NCBI GenBank assembly: GCA_045805065.1
Contig: JBJMMA010000019.1
Location: 1-11,259 of the forward strand
DNA length: 11,259 bases
Reading direction: 5' to 3'
Source: Bdellovibrionia bacterium
Lineage (GTDB): Bacteria; Bdellovibrionota; UBA1018
In this document: positions 1-6,908 of the stretch, piece after piece
How positions within the stretch are numbered: position 1 is the first letter of the stretch
Layout: each line of letters begins with the position of its first letter
Made by a program: the position numbers and the translations under genes
Notes under the pieces: model-generated
Told to the model about the DNA's origin: nothing
Database searches by the model: none
Seen by the model: the letters and a program-made list of their open reading frames with translations, nothing else

Positions 1-9
1 CACTTTACA

Positions 10-1527
10 CTACAAAAAAAAATAAACAAATTGAAGAGCTCCGGACGGCACGCCTGCTGAGTCGTATCGATTAACGCGGTTATTGTTCCTATCCGCTACA
101 TACAGATTTCCGCTGGAGTCCACGGCAACGCTTTGCGGGGAATTCATTGCGCCGTCCCGAGAGTCGCCGGCGGCGTTACCGCCAGAGCACCAGCCTGGCG
201 TAAGGGTTCCGGCACTTGCCCCAGCGCAACCCGGGTCGCCACCTGTGGGTGACAAGTTGATCAGCCCGATCCAACCGATGCCAACTCCCGTGGCTGCGTC
301 CCATTTGGAAATTCTTTGTGCGTTTCCGTCCGCAAGATAGAGCTTTCCTGCAGAGTCGATCGTCAGTGCGCTAGAAATGAGAGAAAGCGCTCCTGTTCCA
401 AGTCCGGTAGTTGAGACACCGCCTGAGCACCACCCTGGAGTAATGGAGAATGCCGCTGCACTACTGCAACCTGCAGCGCCTCCTGTAGGTGTGGAGCTGA
501 CTGCTCCGGTCCAGCCTTGATAGACTCCGGAAGAATTGTATTTGACCAGGCGGAAATTGTTGGAGTCGTTCACATAGATATTACCCGAGGCATCGATCGT
601 GATGCCTCGAGGCGTATGAAGCATTCCATCTCCGCTGCCAGAGTTGGATGTTCCCCCCGTGCACCAACCCGGAGTAACACCACTTGCGCCATTGCAGCCT
701 GCGGCTCCTCCAGTAGGCGAGCTTGAGATCTTCCCAGTCCAGCCTTGGAAAACTCCGGATGAATTGAACTTTGAGATTCGATGATTGGAGTCGGTGACGT
801 AGATATTGCCTGAAGAGTCCAGAGCGATACCATTCGGGCCATTCAACATTCCATCGCCCGATCCCAATCCGGCGGCTCCTCCCTTGCACCAGCCGGGAGT
901 GGCTGAGCCAACGGATGCGCCATTGCAGCCCGCATCGCCCCCTGTCGGAGACGTCGCTATTTTGCCAATCCACCCTTGGAAGACTCCGGCAGAATTAAAC
1001 TTGTCGACACGATTATTGTCATACTCAATAACGTAGATGTTTCCTGATGAATCGATCGCAATTCCTGTGACGCCATTGAGCATCCCATCGCCCGAACCAC
1101 TCGTTGAGGTTCCGCCTTTGCACCAACCTGGCGTTGCGGAGCCAACAGCTGCGCCGTTGCATCCGGCTGCACCTCCTGTCGGAGAAGTTAAGATCTTTCC
1201 AATCCAACCTTGAAAAGCCCCGGCAGAGCTGAATTTACTGATGCGATCAGTGCTATCGGCCACATAGATGTTGCCAGACGTGTCGGTGGCGATGACGTTT
1301 GGGTTATTCGACATTCCGTCATCGTAGCCCCCGACAGAAGCGCCGACGCCAGAAGTGAAGCCTGCTTGAAAAATTACATCCGCGCCCAGGCGGTATGGAT
1401 TCATCCCGCCTTTCCAGTGCGATCCCAAATTGTAATAGCCAGTCGCGTATGCCGGAAGAGAAAGGAACAGGCTTAAACTGAGGAACGAGCATGAAAGGGC
1501 GGAGCGCCCTCTGGGTTCGCTGTTCAT
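10..1527 (-). CDS. Secreted NHL-repeat (six-bladed beta-propeller) protein with Gly/Cys-rich repeated inserts
   Basis: 505-aa ORF with an N-terminal signal-peptide-like segment (SFLSLSLFLSLPAYA). Six NHL motifs: IATDTSGNIYVAD, IAIDSSGNIYVIE, IALDSSGNIYVTD, ITIDASGNIYVND, LTIDSAGKLYLAD, VAVDSSGNLYVAD, each followed by an 'RI/VxKF'-like strand. AAAGGA Shine-Dalgarno about 10 nt upstream of the ATG. Confidence 0.9.
   Translation of the reverse strand: MNSEPRGRSALSCSFLSLSLFLSLPAYATGYYNLGSHWKGGMNPYRLGADVIFQAGFTSGVGASVGGYDDGMSNNPNVIATDTSGNIYVADSTDRISKFSSAGAFQGWIGKILTSPTGGAAGCNGAAVGSATPGWCKGGTSTSGSGDGMLNGVTGIAIDSSGNIYVIEYDNNRVDKFNSAGVFQGWIGKIATSPTGGDAGCNGASVGSATPGWCKGGAAGLGSGDGMLNGPNGIALDSSGNIYVTDSNHRISKFNSSGVFQGWTGKISSSPTGGAAGCNGASGVTPGWCTGGTSNSGSGDGMLHTPRGITIDASGNIYVNDSNNFRLVKYNSSGVYQGWTGAVSSTPTGGAAGCSSAAAFSITPGWCSGGVSTTGLGTGALSLISSALTIDSAGKLYLADGNAQRISKWDAATGVGIGWIGLINLSPTGGDPGCAGASAGTLTPGWCSGGNAAGDSRDGAMNSPQSVAVDSSGNLYVADRNNNRVNRYDSAGVPSGALQFVYFFL
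60..1330 (-). repeat. Intragenic degenerate tandem repeats (~225-240 bp; 75-80 aa) in the NHL gene
   Basis: The TPGWC-coding anchor (cacca.c.gg.gt on +) recurs at 188, 428, 662, 887 and 1121, giving spacings of 240, 234, 225 and 234 bp, all multiples of 3. Confidence 0.9.
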
Positions 1528-1537
1528 ACTAAGTGGT

Positions 1538-1554
1538 TCCTTTATTTAATTATA
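1538..1554 (-). promoter_or_regulatory. Putative sigma70 -10 box (TATAAT) and Shine-Dalgarno (AAAGGA) for the NHL gene
   Basis: The minus strand reads TATAAT at 1554-1549 and AAAGGA at 1543-1538 in an AT-rich patch. No convincing -35 at 17 bp. Confidence 0.45.
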
Positions 1555-1673
1555 GTTTAACAGCGGCAGATCGGGCCCAAGGACAAATGGACGCTAGCGC
1601 CGGAAATAGGAAACACGTTTGCAGAAGTCGGAAATGACCCAGGTCATTACTGGCCTGCCGCGGAAGGCTTCGG

Positions 1674-2618
1674 CTAGATTCCCAGGCTGAGGATCTTGAT
1701 GATCTTCTTGAGTTTCATCGGATTGAACTGATGAGCCAGTGGACCATCCAGCTGGGTGAGAGCGTTTCGCTGTCTCTCAGCAAGCGGGCCTTTGCCTTCG
1801 GAAACTAAGCCATCAAATACGTTAGCGATCGCGACGATCCTGGCCAGATCGTAGATCTGATTGCCGTGCAGGGCGTTGGGATAGCCTGTTCCGTCGTGAA
1901 ACTCGTGATGTTGGGCGACGATCATCTTCACTTCGCGAGATACGTTTTCCATTTTTGAAACCATGGCTTCGCCAAGGGCAGGATGCTCGCGCAGTTTCTT
2001 TTCATATTCCGCAACATTGGCTTCTTCCACTCGCAGGGCTTCGATTTTTCCAATGTCGTGAAGCAGCGCTCCTGCCGCCAGGTGCTTCAGAATGATCATA
2101 TGGGAATATCCCATATTGACCGCCAGATAGACGGAGAGAACGCTGACGTTCACGGAGTGGTCAGCTGTTCCGCGCGAGAGAGTCTGAAGCTCGGCGAGCG
2201 GTTTGCTGGTAAAGGGTTGTTTTGTCAACTCGTCCACAAGTTGAGTAGAAGTTTCAAGAACCTGGGAAATGCTCTCCTCTGCATGAAAGGAGTGAAAGAT
2301 ATCCGCGATCTTTCTTTGTGCCTCTTGGCGTCTGGCTCGAATTCCTTCGCCAGGGCTTTCCTGAGCCGAAATCATTGCTTGAGCCGCCTCGATTTGAAAC
2401 TGGGTCGACCAAATTTCGAACTCCTGCTCGTCCGACTCAAGAATGAAAAAGTGCTGGAAGTTCTTGATCTCCATCCGATCAAAGATGGTTCTGTCAATAA
2501 TTTGACCCTTGCCGCGATATTGTACATAGCGGCCCTCAAGGTGCAGATAGAGCGGTGCCGGGATGGGTTCGCCCGGGATGACTTTTCTAAGACTCCACTG
2601 CTTATAGTTCTGGGCCAT
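1674..2618 (-). CDS. HD-GYP domain protein (cyclic dinucleotide phosphodiesterase family), divergent motifs
   Basis: Motifs DHSVNV, ALLHDIGK, EHPALG, QHHEFHDGTGYP and ARIVAIANVFD. The ORF track starts at 2657; ATG at 2618 (MAQNY) is chosen as the likelier start. Confidence 0.9.
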   Translation of the reverse strand: MAQNYKQWSLRKVIPGEPIPAPLYLHLEGRYVQYRGKGQIIDRTIFDRMEIKNFQHFFILESDEQEFEIWSTQFQIEAAQAMISAQESPGEGIRARRQEAQRKIADIFHSFHAEESISQVLETSTQLVDELTKQPFTSKPLAELQTLSRGTADHSVNVSVLSVYLAVNMGYSHMIILKHLAAGALLHDIGKIEALRVEEANVAEYEKKLREHPALGEAMVSKMENVSREVKMIVAQHHEFHDGTGYPNALHGNQIYDLARIVAIANVFDGLVSEGKGPLAERQRNALTQLDGPLAHQFNPMKLKKIIKILSLGI

Positions 2619-2677
2619 TTGTTTAAGGTTATCAGTGCGTTTCCGGCCTGTCCACAAGGCCAGCGAGTCAAAAAATG

Positions 2678-2683
2678 TATAAT
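2678..2683 (+). promoter_or_regulatory. Possible -10 box (TATAAT) for the Crp-like operon in the divergent intergenic region
   Basis: Perfect TATAAT about 43 nt upstream of ATG 2726. No clear -35. A small inverted repeat GGCCT-N7-AGGCC lies at 2645-2661. Confidence 0.35.
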
Positions 2684-2725
2684 TTCGGTTTATGTTTGGA
2701 CTTCAGATCACCGATCAGAAAGGTG

Positions 2726-3799
2726 ATGGCACAGGATAAAAGAAATCCGATCCGGACTTATGCAAAAGGAGAGACGCTTTTCAAGCAGGGTGAGCCTGTT
2801 CGCAGTGTCTTTTTTCTTCAGACAGGTCTGGTGGGTATGTCGGTGGCGTCGCAATCCGGCCGGGTCGAAGCCTACCAGGCAACCGCGCCTCAAGTGGTTG
2901 GAAGCGAGGCCTTGCAAGGAGCCGCAGTTTACGAGACCACCGCGGTTGCTCTGAACGATACCGCTGTGATCGAGTTTCCAGCCGAAGTCGCCGCTCAGGC
3001 GATCTCCAAGGCAGTGCCGGCGCACAAGTTGATCTTAACGGGCATGATCAATAAAATTGCCGCAATTCATGCCGAGCTTCGCAATATCAAGCTGCTATCG
3101 GATCCAACGCCTTGTCCGCCTGCCCTGACGGCAAAAATGTTTGCTACTGTCTTTCACGTTGTTTCATACTCGGGCACGCCTAAAGGCGATACGCTGCGAA
3201 TTGTCTGGCCGAGCTTTCGTAAGTATTGCCAACGCGTTTTTGGCGAGTCTCCTGTACGACTGGAACAACTAGTCTATCTGCTTTCAACGTTGGGTTACGC
3301 CGAACTCGAAATGGTCGCAAGCGACACGGATCCGGATGGTCCTGAAGAGCTGGGTTTTGTCCGTTTCAAGGACATCGCGCAGATTGAGAGCTTCTCCGAG
3401 TTTTTCAAAAAGCGATTGAGCGCGCTGGGACCTGAGAAATGCATGGATGTTTTCGATCCGTGCCTCCAGGCAGCGGAGATCCTGCAGCGGAATTTCAGCA
3501 CTCAACCGGTTGATCAGATCGGCAAGAGAAGCGTAAGCCTGAATGCCGCTCTCACCATCCTGAAAGCTGAGCTTGCCCCACAGCCTATGGCAGTGAGTGA
3601 TTTTGAGAAGCTTGTCAAACGCGGACTGCCCATCGAGATCGTGGGGAACGAGATCAGGTTCATCCCTTCGGGCTTTCAGCGCCTGTTCAAGAATTTCAGA
3701 ATTTTAGGGAAGATTGTCGAATGGAACCGTGTAGGCCGCGCGCCTGGCGCGCCGGATCCGGACGCGAATAAGAAGAAGAAGGATACAAAGGGAAGTTAA
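2726..3799 (+). CDS. Crp/Fnr-like protein: N-terminal cyclic-nucleotide-binding (CAP_ED) fold plus extended winged-helix-like C-terminus (paralog 1)
   Basis: cNMP-fold signature RTYAKGETLFKQGEPVRSVFFLQTGLV...TTAVALNDTAVIEFP, then a C-helix and a helical region (ESPVRLEQLVYLLSTLGYAEL). The ORF track starts at 2675; ATG 2726 (MAQDK) is preferred but the start is uncertain. Confidence 0.8.
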   Translation: MAQDKRNPIRTYAKGETLFKQGEPVRSVFFLQTGLVGMSVASQSGRVEAYQATAPQVVGSEALQGAAVYETTAVALNDTAVIEFPAEVAAQAISKAVPAHKLILTGMINKIAAIHAELRNIKLLSDPTPCPPALTAKMFATVFHVVSYSGTPKGDTLRIVWPSFRKYCQRVFGESPVRLEQLVYLLSTLGYAELEMVASDTDPDGPEELGFVRFKDIAQIESFSEFFKKRLSALGPEKCMDVFDPCLQAAEILQRNFSTQPVDQIGKRSVSLNAALTILKAELAPQPMAVSDFEKLVKRGLPIEIVGNEIRFIPSGFQRLFKNFRILGKIVEWNRVGRAPGAPDPDANKKKKDTKGS

Positions 3800-5089
3800 A
3801 TGCCGCAGCAGCCTGCCATCCAAGTAAGAAACTTCAAGCGTGGGGAAGTGATTTATTCCCCGGGATTGGGCGCGGCTTCCGTCTATTTGGTCCAAAGCGG
3901 ACTGATCTCCGTGTGCGTTCTAAAGGAGGGGTGCGCTCAGCTTCATCTTGTGCGACCCATGCAAATCTTCAAAGAAGATGCGCTGATGACGGGGCCTGCT
4001 TCTGGAACAACCGCGATTGCGCTTAAGGATACTCAGGTCATCGAGATTCCGATCGAGATCGCCAAGACTCTGTCAGGAGCCACCCAAGCGCCACTGGGAA
4101 CCTTGTTCAAGAGCCTGATTGAGAGGCTGAAATCTGCTGCCAACGAGCTCCGTTCGCTGAGGATGAATCGCGGCGCGCAGCCATGCCATCCCGATTTAGT
4201 TGCGAAAGTCTACGGCGTGATCTTCTACACGGCCCGATATCTCGGAAAAAAGGAAGGCGATTCGATCGTTCTTCCCTGGAGTCAGCTCAAGACTTACGCT
4301 GTGGAGACATTCCATGAGGAGGAGACGCGCCTTGAGGAAGCGATCTATTCGCTCATCAAGTTAGGATACGCGGAACCCCGTACTGAGAAACAAGAGAGCT
4401 CTGGCCCGGTTCCGCAGAGCGACCGCTGGACAGATATCTGTTTTCGCAACATGGTCCAGATTGAGGCCTTTTTTGATTTTTATCAAAACTACCACTTCAA
4501 AGGCGGATACGCGGGCCTCCTAAAGACCAACGACAAGGCGACGGAATTAACTCAGGCCCTCATCAGGCTTGCAGATAAATATCAGGCGGATCGAGCTGGC
4601 ATGGTGACCATGCCATACAAGCTGACTGTCGATACTTTGAAGGCGACGCTCGGGAAGACTTTTGAAGCCGAACAGATATTCAGGTTGGAGCAGAAGGGCC
4701 TGATGGTGAAACGCACCACTACGCAGGATGGAGGCGTTCTTTCGCTCTTTAAGCCGGAATTCGAGCAAATGCTGTTGAACTGGAAAGTCTTGAAAGAAGT
4801 CGAACAGTGGAACGAGTTCGGGTTCGTCAAACTTCCTGAAGAAATGATCAATGAGCAATCCAACGCGAAGAGCGTCGGAGCAGACGAAAAAGAGTCAGCT
4901 CAAGTGAAAGCTGCAATGGAGGCCTTGGAGTCCTGGAAGCCATTGATCGTATCGGGCTCGGCACCTGTGATTCGAACAGAGCCGCCTCGCCATGACGAAG
5001 TGCTTTGTCCCCTTTGTTTGAGTCCAGTGCTGGCTTCTCAAACCTACTGCACCATCTGTGATTCCGAGATACCGAAAAAAGCCGCTTAG
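3800..5089 (+). CDS. Crp/Fnr-like protein (paralog 2) with C-terminal zinc-ribbon
   Basis: RNFKRGEVIYSPG..SVYLVQSGLI...TTAIALKDTQVIEIP. Colinear similarity to paralog 1 (PCHPDLVAKVYGVIF vs PCPPALTAKMFATVF; RLEEAIYSLIKLGYAE vs RLEQLVYLLSTLGYAE; QIEAFFDFY vs QIESFSEFF). C-terminal CPLC-x10-CTIC. The ATG directly follows the upstream TAA. Confidence 0.8.
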   Translation: MPQQPAIQVRNFKRGEVIYSPGLGAASVYLVQSGLISVCVLKEGCAQLHLVRPMQIFKEDALMTGPASGTTAIALKDTQVIEIPIEIAKTLSGATQAPLGTLFKSLIERLKSAANELRSLRMNRGAQPCHPDLVAKVYGVIFYTARYLGKKEGDSIVLPWSQLKTYAVETFHEEETRLEEAIYSLIKLGYAEPRTEKQESSGPVPQSDRWTDICFRNMVQIEAFFDFYQNYHFKGGYAGLLKTNDKATELTQALIRLADKYQADRAGMVTMPYKLTVDTLKATLGKTFEAEQIFRLEQKGLMVKRTTTQDGGVLSLFKPEFEQMLLNWKVLKEVEQWNEFGFVKLPEEMINEQSNAKSVGADEKESAQVKAAMEALESWKPLIVSGSAPVIRTEPPRHDEVLCPLCLSPVLASQTYCTICDSEIPKKAA

Positions 5090-5185
5090 CTCAGCACGCC
5101 GGGAACGCTGCATCAAAGTCTGAAATTTGCAGCAGCTGCTCGAGCGGGTCAACTCAGGAAACGGAGCTACCTGCGTGCGAAACCA

Positions 5186-6880
5186 GTGCTGAAGTGGTAT
5201 TGGAAGCTCAGCTTGAAAAATACCTGGAATGATCTAGAAAAAGCACGGACAGCGGAACTTAAGCGGAAAGCCATCAGTGTCACTCTTGTGACAATTCCGA
5301 CGGTGATTTTGCTTGAGCTTATCTTCTATCGAGTGAACGGCCATGACCCAATCAGCTGGCTGTCTATGCTCGTGGTCGCGGGCGTCTCATTCTGCCGGTT
5401 TTTTCATGTCAGATATTCACGCCAATCCGCGATTACTTGGCAAAGAACGACAGCGGTTTTTGCCACGCTTTCGGGGACGGCCTGGGGACTTTATTTCTTT
5501 CGGGCTGCAACGCTGGCAAGCGATAATTTGTCGATCCAGGTCATGGCATTTATCTGCGGCCTGGGTTACTCGGCCACCAGCACTTATACTCTCGCCATCG
5601 AGAAATATGGTTATCGCGGTTATCTGACACCGCTGGTTGCCTTAATCTCGGCTGCCTGGGCGATGACTACGGGAGCGTACCCTCTCGACCGGATCGTAGG
5701 TCTTGTTCTTTTCTTTATCCTGTATCTGGTTGCGCTATCCCAGGGCAATATCGTTGAAAGAAGTTGGGTGCGTGCTGAAAGATACACTCTTGAGCTTCAG
5801 TCTTTGATCGACTCTTTTCCCGGTGGCATTCTTGTTACCATGAACGATGCGACCATTCGTGCGAATGCATACTTCAAAGCTCTTTTTGGTTCAGTAAAGG
5901 TTTTCGATGAGCTGATGGAGTCGCCTGAATTCGCAGAGCGCTTCAGACGGTTCAAGCAGGATGAAAGTGCACTCAGAACAGACTTCGAAGCGATCATCCC
6001 GCTCTCGACTGGAAATCGGGTGTACTGGTTTCTCCTCGTTAAAACTGAGGGATCCTTGCAAGGCGTGGAAGAAATCATTGTAGTCGCCCTGGACGTTCAG
6101 GCTAAGAAAGACGCAGAAGCCCAGATCGAGTCACAAAGAATCAAATTACAAACCAGTGCAAAGCTTGCTGCTCTAGGTGAAATGGCTGGAGGGGTGGCCC
6201 ACGAGATCAATAATCCGATCTTTGTGATTTCTTCGCGAGTGCAGCTGATGCTTCTCATGCTTCAAAAGGATTCAGAAAACGAAAGAATCTGGAAGCCTCA
6301 TTTCAACGCAATCTTGGAAACCTGCGATCGCATCGTCAAAATCGTTCGCGGCTTAAAAGTTGTATCTAGAAGTGCGGAGAACGAAGCATTTGAGACAGCC
6401 TCCATTTGCGGGATCCTGGAGCAGACGCTGGATCTGTGTGCATCCAGACTTGCCCGAGCAGGCGCAAAGCTTGAACTTGGGACAATGCCTAAGGACTGTG
6501 ATGCCGAGGTCCGCTCCGTTCAGATATCGCAGGTATTTCTGAATCTCCTGAATAACGCCTTTGATGCCATCGAGGGAACGGAGTCGCCCTGGATCCGCAT
6601 TGAAATCAAAAGTGAGCCAGGCGAGCTTGTGATCTCCATCACTGATTCTGGAAACGGGATTCCTGCGGAAATCCGAAGCCGCGTGATGGACCCTTTCTTT
6701 ACGACCAAGGCACCTGGCAAAGGCACAGGCCTAGGTCTGAGCATCTCTTTGGGAATCATGAGAGTTCATCACGGCGAACTCTCTCTCGACGAGTCCTGCC
6801 CAAACACCCGCTTTGTGCTGCGTCTCCCAAAAACCCAGAAATTCTCTCCCCCACAAGTTTCAGGAAACGCTCGCGCATAA
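5186..6880 (+). CDS. Membrane-bound sensor histidine kinase (multi-TM N-terminus, PAS-like linker, HisKA + HATPase_c; NtrB-like)
   Basis: H-box [16 protein letters not shown]-box [14 protein letters not shown]1 DSGNGIP, F/G2 [18 protein letters not shown]. About 5-6 hydrophobic segments in the first ~190 aa and a PAS-like '[11 protein letters not shown]...ANAYF' segment. The GTG start is uncertain. Confidence 0.92.
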   Translation: MLKWYWKLSLKNTWNDLEKARTAELKRKAISVTLVTIPTVILLELIFYRVNGHDPISWLSMLVVAGVSFCRFFHVRYSRQSAITWQRTTAVFATLSGTAWGLYFFRAATLASDNLSIQVMAFICGLGYSATSTYTLAIEKYGYRGYLTPLVALISAAWAMTTGAYPLDRIVGLVLFFILYLVALSQGNIVERSWVRAERYTLELQSLIDSFPGGILVTMNDATIRANAYFKALFGSVKVFDELMESPEFAERFRRFKQDESALRTDFEAIIPLSTGNRVYWFLLVKTEGSLQGVEEIIVVALDVQAKKDAEAQIESQRIKLQTSAKLAALGEMAGGVAHEINNPIFVISSRVQLMLLMLQKDSENERIWKPHFNAILETCDRIVKIVRGLKVVSRSAENEAFETASICGILEQTLDLCASRLARAGAKLELGTMPKDCDAEVRSVQISQVFLNLLNNAFDAIEGTESPWIRIEIKSEPGELVISITDSGNGIPAEIRSRVMDPFFTTKAPGKGTGLGLSISLGIMRVHHGELSLDESCPNTRFVLRLPKTQKFSPPQVSGNARA

Positions 6881-6908
6881 TCCGCATCCAGCGGTACAAA
6901 CGCCCCCT

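Noticed and set aside
83..1476. Several short alternative-frame ORFs within the NHL gene
   Set aside because: By-products of GC-rich repetitive coding sequence with no independent evidence.
1983..2726. 247-aa ORF on + strand
   Set aside because: Antisense shadow of the HD-GYP gene with no recognisable motifs.
5087..5089. Genome-wide TAG recoding
   Set aside because: TAG terminates the NHL, HD-GYP and SLT genes at plausible domain ends, and the standard code gives full-length proteins throughout.
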